This document shows positions 1 through 8,466 of a stretch of DNA of 32,000 nucleotides, one piece after another. The stretch is from Candidatus Saccharimonadota bacterium (GTDB lineage Bacteria; Patescibacteriota; Gracilibacteria; UBA1369; 2-02-FULL-48-14). Numbering within the stretch: position 1 is the stretch's first letter; each line of letters begins with the position of its first letter. Location: positions 150,001-182,000 of the forward strand of contig JBAZVE010000001.1 in the NCBI GenBank assembly GCA_041661045.1. Reading direction: 5' to 3'. Made by a program: the position numbers and the translations under genes. The notes below the pieces were generated by a model, which did not search any database, was not told the DNA's origin, and saw only the letters and a program-made list of their open reading frames with translations.

Positions 1-106
1 CCAAAAAAGGTTCTAATAGCGTCTATGGTGCAGCTCCAAGAGGTTTACAGGTCAAAAGAACGAGATCCCAATATCTCCAAAATCAGCTTTTTGACCGTAA
101 TCTGGG

Positions 107-1510
107 TCAGATGTCCCCCTTTATAGCTATACTCGGGAAAAGATCGCGAAGACTTGCGATGCGGGGATCTGGGTTAACTGTCGATCTGGCAGCATTACGG
201 AAGAGACCTTGTACAGCGCCTATAACCCGTGGATCGTCGGTTACGGCCTCAGTAAGATATACCAGCTCACGGTCACTCCAATCCCTACCCCCGTTCAGCC
301 AAGACAAAAAATTCTCAACACGATTAAAATTCAAAACAATGGGTGGCTTCAAATCTGGATCCCTATGAATAGCCACTTCCCTATCCAGCAAATAATCTCG
401 GACTATTGGATCAGCCAAGAACATATCTGCCCATTGCTTGAGTTTTTCTGAATGACCTACTCGACTTCTATCTTTATCTCTTTCCCGTCCACTCATCTTT
501 TGGAATTTGGCTCTCATCTCCGCTTCAATTCGGTCTATAATGGAAGCGATAGCGTCTTTTGTTTGTAAGGAGATTTCTCTTGATCCCTGTTCATCCACTA
601 ACTGTTTAAGAAGAAGGGTTATTCCAACGAAAAAGGAGATAGTTGGTGTCGAGTGCAGAGCTTTAATATCCTGGTCGCGAACTGATCTAGACACTCCCTC
701 AATTTCACCATTAAATCGCTTCATAAGTGCTTCTCGGGTCATAGCCCTAACAACTTCTTCCTTTTCATAGCGCTCAGCTAGAGTGAAAAAACTTTCCAAC
801 TCAGCCAGCATTTCTTGTTCAGTAGGTGTAATCCTATACGGCCTACCCTGAATAGCATGAGCTATCCGTTCAACAACTTCAGGATGACTTTCTATGTCCT
901 CCATGAGTCTGGGCTCCCAGGCTTGAAGGTCAAAATCTGGAAAATATTCTCGTATTTTACGCCGGTCAGTAAAGACCAGATCAGGCCTATCCCCCAAGAT
1001 TTCAGGTGTCTTTCCCTCTAATTTTTTCATGCATGCCTCTCCCACTTGTAGATTGCACCGGGACATAAGAATAGATCCGAGCAACTCATCATATGAAAGT
1101 GAGGGGTCACCTGTAGAAAGTCTTTCCAACTCACTGGTAAAGTAGCTTGGGAAGACAGCCTCCTCCTCCCCACTGATACTATTCAAGTTAGGGAAGTACT
1201 TGGCCAGTTCCCTTCTTATTGCATAAGAAGCCCTTTGAACAGACTCCACCAAAAGTTTACTGCGTTGACGATCACTTAGAAGTGCGTCCAAGGCATCAGC
1301 AATAATCTTTCTGTAATCCTCATCCTCTAAAAGGCGTGTATACTCCTGAGTGCGTGCAAAATAGGTAAGAAAGTTTCCGGGGTCTTTTTTAATCTCTTCG
1401 CAATGCCACAATGCTAATTCGCACTCGCCTTTTTTCCCTGTATCTGGTGCTTGATCTTTTAACATTTTTGGATTGGAGTAAATGGTCAATGCAGAGTCGG
1501 GACCTGCCAT
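107..1510 (-). CDS. hypothetical protein, 467 aa, no family recognised
   Basis: Longest ORF here, and the antisense ORFs are all under 90 aa. It has its own TTGACA-N16-TAGACT promoter just upstream. Codons are A/T-ending-rich, unlike the neighbouring housekeeping genes. The only motif seen is a weak R-x4-H (REVAIH) near the C-terminus. Confidence 0.6.
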   Translation of the reverse strand: MAGPDSALTIYSNPKMLKDQAPDTGKKGECELALWHCEEIKKDPGNFLTYFARTQEYTRLLEDEDYRKIIADALDALLSDRQRSKLLVESVQRASYAIRRELAKYFPNLNSISGEEEAVFPSYFTSELERLSTGDPSLSYDELLGSILMSRCNLQVGEACMKKLEGKTPEILGDRPDLVFTDRRKIREYFPDFDLQAWEPRLMEDIESHPEVVERIAHAIQGRPYRITPTEQEMLAELESFFTLAERYEKEEVVRAMTREALMKRFNGEIEGVSRSVRDQDIKALHSTPTISFFVGITLLLKQLVDEQGSREISLQTKDAIASIIDRIEAEMRAKFQKMSGRERDKDRSRVGHSEKLKQWADMFLADPIVRDYLLDREVAIHRDPDLKPPIVLNFNRVENFLSWLNGGRDWSDRELVYLTEAVTDDPRVIGAVQGLFRNAARSTVNPDPRIASLRDLFPSIAIKGDI

Positions 1511-1524
1511 CGTTACTAGAAACT

Positions 1525-1552
1525 AGTCTATACTAAAACTTGATTTTGTCAA
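1525..1552 (-). promoter_or_regulatory. sigma70-like promoter for CDS 107..1510
   Basis: On the minus strand: TTGACA (1552-1547), 16-nt spacer, TAGACT (1530-1525), then 14 nt to the ATG at 1510. Confidence 0.4.
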
Positions 1553-1606
1553 GCCCCCTATGGCTGGAAATGTTGAAACTCCACCCTCGTCCCAAACGAG
1601 TGTTTT

Positions 1607-2485
1607 CTAGCTCTTCTTGTAGCTCTGGATCAGGACCCCAAGCACAATAAGCACCAGCCCGATGATTGAAGAGATGAGGATCGGCTCTCCAACAAGGAAA
1701 TGGATGAAGATTAAGGAGGCAAAGGGCGTTAAAAAGACCAAATTCGAAACCTTGGCCGTTTCCCCAATCTCTAAGGCTTTGAACCAAAAAACAAAGGCCA
1801 GGCCGTTGGTGAAGAATCCAATCCACGCCAATCCTGCCACTTGCTTCATGTCCAGGCTGGGTATCTCTGAAAAGAACAAGACACTCAAAAGAACATAAAT
1901 AAAACCAAAAAGGTAATAGTAGAACATGGAGGAGAAAACTTCGTATTTTAGTTTTTTACCAAGCACCGAAAAAAGGCCGTAAACCATGGCTCCTGAAGCC
2001 GCCATAAGGATTGCCGTGAGGTTTAGGTTGTCCAAGGACATCCATTCTCCCTTGGAAACCACGATTGCAACTCCAATAAAAGAAAGCAGGATGGAAATGA
2101 CTGTACGCCCAGTGAACTTCTCTCTTAAAAGCAGTACTCCAAAAATAACCACCATTACGGGCCACAGATAGTTCACCACAAAGGCCTCTTGTGCCGAGGT
2201 TCTTTCAATGGCTCCAAATAAAAACACATAATACAAAAAGCACCCCAAAAAGCCCATTCCTGCAAGTTTCCATATGTCTTGTTTTTTGTAGGTGGTGAGA
2301 TCCTTTAATTTGCCCTGAAACAGCATGATTAAAAAAAGCCCCACAATAGTGAATGGGAAACTGTAAAAGATGAGCTGAATACTTGAAATGTCCTGAAGTA
2401 TGAGCTTGCTTACGGAAGCTGTGGAACCCCACAGCAAAATAGCGAGAACCGTGTAAATATAAGCGAGCTTGGATTTCTTGACCAT
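1607..2485 (-). CDS. EamA/DMT-superfamily transporter, 292 aa
   Basis: About 10 hydrophobic helices in two halves, with the typical EamA N-terminus (YIYTVLAILLWGSTASVSKL). ATG at 2485 lies 6 nt after a perfect TATAAT. Confidence 0.85.
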   Translation of the reverse strand: MVKKSKLAYIYTVLAILLWGSTASVSKLILQDISSIQLIFYSFPFTIVGLFLIMLFQGKLKDLTTYKKQDIWKLAGMGFLGCFLYYVFLFGAIERTSAQEAFVVNYLWPVMVVIFGVLLLREKFTGRTVISILLSFIGVAIVVSKGEWMSLDNLNLTAILMAASGAMVYGLFSVLGKKLKYEVFSSMFYYYLFGFIYVLLSVLFFSEIPSLDMKQVAGLAWIGFFTNGLAFVFWFKALEIGETAKVSNLVFLTPFASLIFIHFLVGEPILISSIIGLVLIVLGVLIQSYKKS

Positions 2486-2491
2486 GCACCG

Positions 2492-2519
2492 ATTATAGTA
2501 CTTTTACTGCCGTAGTGAA
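2492..2519 (-). promoter_or_regulatory. promoter for the EamA gene (leaderless geometry)
   Basis: On the minus strand: TTCACT, N16, TATAAT (2497-2492), N6 (cggtgc), ATG at 2485. Confidence 0.4.
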
Positions 2520-2523
2520 GCCC

Positions 2524-2552
2524 TTGAAAACTGGTGAGGTCTTCACTAAGAT
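2524..2552 (+). promoter_or_regulatory. promoter for the DUF475 gene (leaderless geometry)
   Basis: TTGAAA (2524-2529), N17, TAAGAT (2547-2552), N6 (gcctcc), ATG at 2559. Confidence 0.45.
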
Positions 2553-2558
2553 GCCTCC

Positions 2559-3476
2559 ATGGACTGGATTTCGATGCTCATGATTGTTGGGGGACTCTGT
2601 TTGTTTGAAACAGTGAGTTCCATCGACAATGCCATTATTAACGCGGAGGTGCTCAACACCATGAGTCCCAAGGCGCGCCGATGGTTTTTGCTCTGGGGGA
2701 TTTTGTTTGCGGTGTTCGTGGTTCGTGGGCTTTTGCCCTGGTTGATTGTGTTCTTTACGGCGCCGGAGCTTGGATTTATAGGCTCACTGACGGCCACTTT
2801 CAGCAGTGATCCTGCCGTGATCGAGGCCATTGAATCCAGCGCCCCTATTCTGCTCAACGGAGGAGGTGTGTTTTTGATCTTTTTGTTTTTCCATTGGCTG
2901 TTCTTGGAACCCAAAAACTATGGGCTTCGCGGGGAAAAGTTCTTCCACTCCCAAGGTGTTTGGTTTTACGCCGTGGTCTCTATTTTGCTGGCGGCTGTTG
3001 TTTGGTTCAGCATAAAAATCAATCCCACGATGGCATTTGGTGCTGTGGTGGGCTCAACCGCTTTCTTCATCACGCATGGGTTTAAAGAGAACGCCGAAAA
3101 AGCCGAGGCGGATATGCTCAAAAAAGGCGGCCTCTCGGACATCAGTAAGATTTTGTACCTGGAAGTGATCGATTCCACCTTCTCGATTGATGGAGTTTTG
3201 GGAGCCTTTGCCTTCACGCTTTCCGTGCCTTTGATTTTGCTTGGAAATGGACTTGGCGCCATTGTGGTGAGGCAGCTCACGGTTGGGAATATTGAGAACA
3301 TTAAAAAATACGCCTACCTCAAAAATGGCGCCATGTATTCCATTTTAATCTTGGGAACTGTGATGCTCGCGCACAGTTTTGGGGCTCACATTCCCGAATG
3401 GGTCTCCCCCGTGACGACCACTGTGGTGATTCTCTTTTTCTTCCTCAAATCCAAAAAAGCACTGGGCGTGCTTTAG
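2559..3476 (+). CDS. DUF475 / TerC-like integral membrane protein, 305 aa
   Basis: The N-terminal motif ETVSSIDNAIINAEVLNTMSPKARRWFLLWGILFAVFVVR resembles the DUF475 signature (E-x-S-L-S-F-D-N-A-V-V-N-A ... TMSPK). Multiple TM helices. Confidence 0.8.
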   Translation: MDWISMLMIVGGLCLFETVSSIDNAIINAEVLNTMSPKARRWFLLWGILFAVFVVRGLLPWLIVFFTAPELGFIGSLTATFSSDPAVIEAIESSAPILLNGGGVFLIFLFFHWLFLEPKNYGLRGEKFFHSQGVWFYAVVSILLAAVVWFSIKINPTMAFGAVVGSTAFFITHGFKENAEKAEADMLKKGGLSDISKILYLEVIDSTFSIDGVLGAFAFTLSVPLILLGNGLGAIVVRQLTVGNIENIKKYAYLKNGAMYSILILGTVMLAHSFGAHIPEWVSPVTTTVVILFFFLKSKKALGVL

Positions 3477-3883
3477 GTTGAAAAACAAAAGTCGCCCTAA
3501 ATGTTTCCAATCGTCGTTCAGCATCAGGTGAGAGCTTGGAGTAAAGGTGCAGAACATTGCTGTAACTGAGCTTTTACTTAATCTGTTGATCGTTTCCCGA
3601 GGGAAAGACCGGCCAGAAAAAGGTATCTGTCTATTCCTTCTTTCTGAGTACTAAACCCACTGCAGAACGAGGTGATAGTGGCCAACGGAACTTTGGGAAG
3701 TGTCCGTCCATCCAGGCTTACTTGGCGATTAGAAACTTAGGGCGCAGAAAGTCAGAAAATAGATTCTGTCATCCCGAGGAAGGAGTACCTTCTGTGCCAT
3801 AAGTTTCACGCGATTTTTCAAAGGACATCATGTTATTGTATCACGATTTGCAAGTTTTTGCAAGAGGCAATGATGATGAAGAT

Positions 3884-4090
3884 TTATTCTTGTGCGACCT
3901 TTAACTTTGCTGTGATGCCCGCTTGCACCTCTTCCGGGGTTTCGGTGGAGGCATCCAGCCCCATACCGGGATGATCCACCCAATCGGACCTTCTTGGCGC
4001 GGGCTTTTGAACTCCCAAGCCTCGAAGTGGGCGGGCGGGTTGAGCGATCTGACCTTCCCCTTCTTCCCATGCTTTCTGCGTATCTTTCAT
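3884..4090 (-). CDS. possible small hypothetical protein, 68 aa
   Basis: ORF MKDTQKAWEEGEGQ... lies in a locally GC-richer patch. An overlapping alternative-frame ORF (3828..4070) competes with it. No homology recognised and no clear promoter. Confidence 0.3.
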   Translation of the reverse strand: MKDTQKAWEEGEGQIAQPARPLRGLGVQKPAPRRSDWVDHPGMGLDASTETPEEVQAGITAKLKVAQE

Positions 4091-4130
4091 TGTTGATTTG
4101 TTAAAAGCACTTTCAGTTTAATATCTTTTT

Positions 4131-4159
4131 TTGCGGATGTGAACCCCCGGTGTTAAACT
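4131..4159 (+). promoter_or_regulatory. promoter for the Nudix gene (leaderless geometry)
   Basis: TTGCGG (4131-4136), N17, TGt-TAAACT (4154-4159), N6 (ctcccc), ATG at 4166. Confidence 0.4.
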
Positions 4160-4165
4160 CTCCCC

Positions 4166-4732
4166 ATGATACTTCCCAAAGGATCCAATCCCTACACGGT
4201 GCTTTCGCACGAGCTTTTGCATGAACGGCCGTTCGTTCGTTCCTACAAAGATGAGGTGCTTATGAAGGGCCTTAAAAAAGATTACAGCTATCTTGAAACA
4301 GATGGCAGCAGCGGCATTGTGGCCCTCAATGAAAAGGGTGAAGTTGCATTGGTCGGGCAGTGGCGTTACCCCGTTCAAGACTACCATTGGGAAGTTCCCG
4401 CGGGCATGGCGGAGCGGGGTGAAAGCCCTTTGGAGAATGCAAAACGCGAGCTTTTGGAAGAGGCTGGCGTGCAGGCTTTGGAGTGGACGGCGCTTGGAGC
4501 TCTCCACATGGATGGTTCCAAATTGGCCCACACCACGCATTTATTTTTAGCGCAAAATTTGACGGTTGGAGCAAATGCCCCCATGCCGGACGAAGAGCTT
4601 GCCGTGAAATGGCTTCCGCTTGAGACGGCTTTATTGGCTGTTGAGAAAGGCGAAATCCAAGATGGCCTGACCATCATCGGATTGCTTAAAGCTCAACGGA
4701 TTCTCCAAGGCTCGGGACCAAAACTTCCTTGA
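4166..4732 (+). CDS. Nudix hydrolase (ADP-ribose pyrophosphatase-like), 188 aa
   Basis: Complete Nudix box G-x5-E-x7-REUxEExGU: GMAERGESPLENAKRELLEEAGV. Confidence 0.9.
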   Translation: MILPKGSNPYTVLSHELLHERPFVRSYKDEVLMKGLKKDYSYLETDGSSGIVALNEKGEVALVGQWRYPVQDYHWEVPAGMAERGESPLENAKRELLEEAGVQALEWTALGALHMDGSKLAHTTHLFLAQNLTVGANAPMPDEELAVKWLPLETALLAVEKGEIQDGLTIIGLLKAQRILQGSGPKLP

Positions 4733-6089
4733 TGCCGTTTTGCAGCATGGCGGTTTTTAAGTCTTCGCAGGCTTGGTCTTCCCCGTGAACGAGGATGAGT
4801 TTTTGAAGCCCTCCCACTTTGGTGGCGTAATCGAGCAAGTCGCTGCGATCCGCGTGGGCGGAGTAGGCGTTCATGATTTTGATTTCCATTTTCACCGCGT
4901 AGGGCTTTCCAAAGATGTTTACGGGATTCATTTTTTCAATAAGTTTTCGCCCCAGGGTGTTTTGTGCTTGGAAACCCACAATAATGAGAGTGTTGCGGTG
5001 ATCTTCGATGGAGTTTTTGAGATGATGCAAAATGCGTCCGTGTTCACACATTCCTGAAGAGGAAATGATGATGCAGGGCCCATTGTGTTCGTTGAGTGCT
5101 TTGGATTCCTCCACGGATTGTATGTAATGGAGTTGAGCAAAATTGAATGGATCGTCTTTATCGTTGAGAAAAAGTTTCTGCGTCTCTTCGTCGAGCACGC
5201 CGAGGTTGTTTCGGAACACTTCCGTGAGATTCACGGAGAGCGGAGAATCCACATAAATCGGGAGTAGAGGGATTTTCCCTTCATCCACAAGCTTGTGCAG
5301 CTCGTAAACGATTTCTTGTGTACGACCGAGTGAAAAGGCCGGGATGAGGATTTTGCCTCCCCGCGCCGCGGTGTTTTTTACAATTTCCGCAAGTTTACCT
5401 TCCGCCTCCAAAATGGATTCGTGAAGACGGTTCCCATAAGTGGATTCCATGATCATGATTTCAGCCTCCTCTACCTGGTACGGATTGCGAATGAGTGGCA
5501 TGTTTCGGCGCCCCAAATCGCCCGTAAAGACCAAGCGCTTCACCTTGCCATCGTCGTGATCTTTGATGGTGAGGATAGTGATGGCGGAGCCTAAAATGTG
5601 TCCGGCTTCACGGAAACACAGCATAATGTCCGGATCGCCAAAAAGATTCATGCAGGTGTCGTAGTCCACTCCCTTGGCCATGGGCAGCGTTTTTTCCACA
5701 TCTTCACTGGTGTAGATCGGCTCGATGAGCGTTTCACCGGAAGCTTGTTTCTTTTCGTTGAGGTACTCCACTTCCCTTTCCTGAATAAAGGCGGAATCGC
5801 GAAGCATGTAAGCCATGAGATCCACGGTGGGTTTGGTGCAATAAATAGGCCCATTGAATCCTTGTTTCACCAGGTTGGGCAGATTCCCCGAATGGTCGAT
5901 GTGCGCATGAGAAAGAATCACGGCATCCACCTCTTCCGCCTTGAAACCAAAATTTTTGTTCTTTTCGCGTTCCTCATTTCGTCTTCCCTGAAACATTCCG
6001 CAATCGAGCAATATCTTTTTCCCGTTCACCTCCAAGAGGTGCCTTGAACCTGTAACCTCTCGATCTGCGCCGTGGAAGTGGAGCTTCAT
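4686..6089 (-). CDS. MBL-fold metallo-hydrolase of the beta-CASP (RNase J/CPSF-like) type, 467 aa
   Basis: HAHIDHSG metallo-beta-lactamase motif near the N-terminus and a length typical of beta-CASP RNA-metabolising enzymes. Its 3' end overlaps the Nudix 3' end by 47 nt (convergent). Confidence 0.9.
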   Translation of the reverse strand: MKLHFHGADREVTGSRHLLEVNGKKILLDCGMFQGRRNEEREKNKNFGFKAEEVDAVILSHAHIDHSGNLPNLVKQGFNGPIYCTKPTVDLMAYMLRDSAFIQEREVEYLNEKKQASGETLIEPIYTSEDVEKTLPMAKGVDYDTCMNLFGDPDIMLCFREAGHILGSAITILTIKDHDDGKVKRLVFTGDLGRRNMPLIRNPYQVEEAEIMIMESTYGNRLHESILEAEGKLAEIVKNTAARGGKILIPAFSLGRTQEIVYELHKLVDEGKIPLLPIYVDSPLSVNLTEVFRNNLGVLDEETQKLFLNDKDDPFNFAQLHYIQSVEESKALNEHNGPCIIISSSGMCEHGRILHHLKNSIEDHRNTLIIVGFQAQNTLGRKLIEKMNPVNIFGKPYAVKMEIKIMNAYSAHADRSDLLDYATKVGGLQKLILVHGEDQACEDLKTAMLQNGIKEVLVPSLGESVEL

Positions 6090-6090
6090 A

Positions 6091-6119
6091 TTGAAATTGT
6101 GTCAAATGTTCATTACAGT
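6091..6119 (+). promoter_or_regulatory. promoter for CDS 6166..6993
   Basis: TTGAAA (6091-6096), N17, TACAGT (6114-6119), then a 46-nt leader. A divergent TTGCTG-N17-TATACT for the beta-CASP gene overlaps it on the other strand. Confidence 0.4.
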
Positions 6120-6165
6120 ATAGCACTTGGTGAGCATTTCAGCAATTCCTTCTTCCTCATAAACC

Positions 6166-6993
6166 ATGGCGATAGAAAATACTTTAGACAAGGTGGTGCT
6201 CCCTCTTACGAGAAAGGTGCACGCCAAACCGGTCCTTGGCCCCGGAGATACGGCTCTCCATGTCCCTAGGCCTGAGCTTTTGGCCTTACCCGTGAGTCAA
6301 TTGACTGAAGCGATCTTACAAGATGGCGTGCGGCCTCTAAAAGTTGTAGAGGGAGTGCACGGTCCTGCTGTGGATTTGCCAGGTCCTCCCCCACGACGGG
6401 TAGCGCTTCCTGCGCCCAATGGAACGGATGGAATCTTTTTTCTGCATTTCCCTGATGAAGCAAGTGTGGCCGGATTTCCTGACTGGATTAGACAAGAGTG
6501 TTTCCCCATTTGGGGAGCACGACGGGAACGCCCAAAGGCTGAGCCTTATTCTGGTGCCTGGGCCGGGGCTCTATTTGGGGAGGATTTGTATAGACTGATT
6601 GAGCGTTCGGCCTCAGCAATCCCTCACGACTCTGCTCAAGCTCTTGTAGAACGGATGGTTTTGGCCGATGGGATTGAAAGAACCACTAATGGGATCAAGC
6701 TGCGTGTCTCCAGTTCAGAACACCAGAGTTTCTTTGTTGGTGGGATACGAGCTCAACTCAAAATCGCAGGATTTAGTGAGCAGGAGGTGATTCCCAATAG
6801 AGCTTATGCGTTTTCCGGTTCCCCGAATAAGAATCGGGCGCTTATTGATTTGCTTTCCTCTGCAATTGGTCAAATAAGAAGCATTGATTTCTATGAATAC
6901 AGCCTTGAGCGACTCTGGAGAGGGGCGGCACAGTTGCAATGCACGATGGAGGTGATGAACGGTCAAGTGGTGCTTTCCCTGAGAGGAAATTAA
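6166..6993 (+). CDS. hypothetical protein, 275 aa, Pro-rich N-terminal third
   Basis: Long ORF with its own promoter and orphan-style codon usage (CCT, AGA, TTA, CTA). No family recognised. Confidence 0.55.
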   Translation: MAIENTLDKVVLPLTRKVHAKPVLGPGDTALHVPRPELLALPVSQLTEAILQDGVRPLKVVEGVHGPAVDLPGPPPRRVALPAPNGTDGIFFLHFPDEASVAGFPDWIRQECFPIWGARRERPKAEPYSGAWAGALFGEDLYRLIERSASAIPHDSAQALVERMVLADGIERTTNGIKLRVSSSEHQSFFVGGIRAQLKIAGFSEQEVIPNRAYAFSGSPNKNRALIDLLSSAIGQIRSIDFYEYSLERLWRGAAQLQCTMEVMNGQVVLSLRGN

Positions 6994-6997
6994 AACT

Positions 6998-7999
6998 TCA
7001 CTCCTCCACTCTTAGTTTCGGTTCGCCTCCATCCACAAGGTCTACGGTGTGCTCCGTCACGGTGAGGATGCCTTCTTTGATTTTGACGCCGAGGACGAGG
7101 CCGATTTGAGTTTCGGGTGACCAGTATTGGTCGAAAACAAAATTGCCCAAAGAATAGTAAATGGGCACGCCGTTGTAGACCTCCGAATTTTGGACCACAT
7201 GAGGATGATGCCCCCAAATAAAATCGGCGCCGGCATCAACAAAAGCGTGGGCCTTGTTTACCACGGATTCGCGAGCGGTGGGTTCGTATTCAAAGCCCCA
7301 GTGGACCCCAATGATCAAGTGATCCACGAGCGGGTCGACTTCTTTTATTTTTGCAACGGCGGCATCGGTGTCGAGGCGAATCACGGCATCGTTGAGCCCC
7401 AGGAATCCAACGGTGGTGCCTGCAAAATCATAGGTGATGAAACTGTAGTCGCCGTTGGGAGTGTCGGGATGACCAAAACCTTGCATTCCGGCTGCAGCCA
7501 AATAATCGTGGGTTTGCCGAATGCCGTCTTTGCCCATATCCAAGGTGTGGTTGTTGGCCATGCTGAAGGTGGTGAAGCCCGCGTTTTTGAGTAGAGTGGT
7601 GACGCCGGGCTCAAAATTGAAAACCATGGCGGTTCCGTTGTTCACATAGGCGGAGTCGGTGATTGGGCCTTCGAGATTCCCAATGATGAGATCCAGCTCA
7701 GAGGCCTCCAATGCGCTTTGCACGGCGGTGATGAGCTCCGGCATGTGCGAAAATGGAAACGGTTCCTCTCGCTGTTGTCGTAAAGTTTTGATGTAACGGT
7801 CGAGCATGATGTCCCCCGTAAAAAGCATGGTGATTTCTTCGGAGCCCTCTTTTTTTGTCCACAATTCTTCAAGAAAACGCGCCTGTGCCGTGAGCATTTT
7901 TGAAGAGGAAGACGCGAGCAGACTGACCGCCGTGAGGAGCAAGGCCAAGCCGATGTGGACGGCGTTTTTTTGGAGGGGAGTGAGAGTGGGCATTTTCAT
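6998..7999 (-). CDS. CapA-family (PGA_cap metallophosphatase-like) protein with N-terminal membrane anchor, 333 aa
   Basis: Motifs FTGDIMLDR, NLEGPIT, MANNHTLDMG and VHWGFEYE are typical of CapA/YwtB proteins. The start overlaps the rlmH stop (ATGA). Confidence 0.85.
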   Translation of the reverse strand: MKMPTLTPLQKNAVHIGLALLLTAVSLLASSSSKMLTAQARFLEELWTKKEGSEEITMLFTGDIMLDRYIKTLRQQREEPFPFSHMPELITAVQSALEASELDLIIGNLEGPITDSAYVNNGTAMVFNFEPGVTTLLKNAGFTTFSMANNHTLDMGKDGIRQTHDYLAAAGMQGFGHPDTPNGDYSFITYDFAGTTVGFLGLNDAVIRLDTDAAVAKIKEVDPLVDHLIIGVHWGFEYEPTARESVVNKAHAFVDAGADFIWGHHPHVVQNSEVYNGVPIYYSLGNFVFDQYWSPETQIGLVLGVKIKEGILTVTEHTVDLVDGGEPKLRVEE

Positions 8000-8457
8000 T
8001 TGTGATATTTTTTACCGGCGAGAATGGTGAAGGCGCGGTAGAGTTGCTCTTTTAAAAATACTCTTACCATTTCGTGCGTGAAGGTCATTTTTGAAAGCGC
8101 GAGCTGTTCTTGTGCTGCGGCGAGCACGGCCGGGTGGAGGCCGTGCGAGCCTCCGATGAGAAATTGAATGTGGCCTGCTCCAAAATCCCGTTCTTTCCGT
8201 AAGAGTTCGGCAAACTCCTCGGTGCTCATTTCTTTTCCTCGTTCGTCCAGCGCAATGATGCGTGCATCTTTGTTGAGCTTTTGTAGGAAAAGGTCGCTCT
8301 CTTCCTTTTGCACTCGGGAGCGGTCATCATGCTTGCTGGCCTGCAGCACCGTGTTTTCCAGCTTTGCAAAGGCTTGCAAGCGTTTTTCATACTCTGCTTC
8401 CAAAGCAGACAAATGCATGTCCCGCGTTTTGGCCACTTGAAGAATTTGAATTTTCAC
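7996..8457 (-). CDS. rlmH: 23S rRNA (pseudouridine1915-N3)-methyltransferase RlmH, 153 aa
   Basis: SPOUT family, with the characteristic length and C-terminus (IGGSHGL ... LSKMTFTHEMVRVFLKEQLYRAF). GTG start at 8457. Confidence 0.9.
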   Translation of the reverse strand: MKIQILQVAKTRDMHLSALEAEYEKRLQAFAKLENTVLQASKHDDRSRVQKEESDLFLQKLNKDARIIALDERGKEMSTEEFAELLRKERDFGAGHIQFLIGGSHGLHPAVLAAAQEQLALSKMTFTHEMVRVFLKEQLYRAFTILAGKKYHK

Positions 8458-8466
8458 TTCCCCAGT

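Noticed and set aside
3595-3725. An RNase P RNA-like motif, GAGGGAAAGACCGGCC (compare GAGGAAAGUCCGGGC), with a later GGCTTAC.
   Set aside because: The candidate P4 partner strands are not complementary. The ACAGAA-type element is in the wrong order, and the span (about 130 nt) is far too short for bacterial RNase P RNA. Loose SRP-like GGAAGGAG similarity at 3775-3790 also fails to form the domain IV helix.
3828-4070. An 80-aa Arg/Gly/Ser-rich ORF overlapping ORF 3884..4090 in another frame.
   Set aside because: It has highly biased basic composition typical of an off-frame read of GC-rich DNA. At most one of the two overlapping frames can be real, and neither is well supported.
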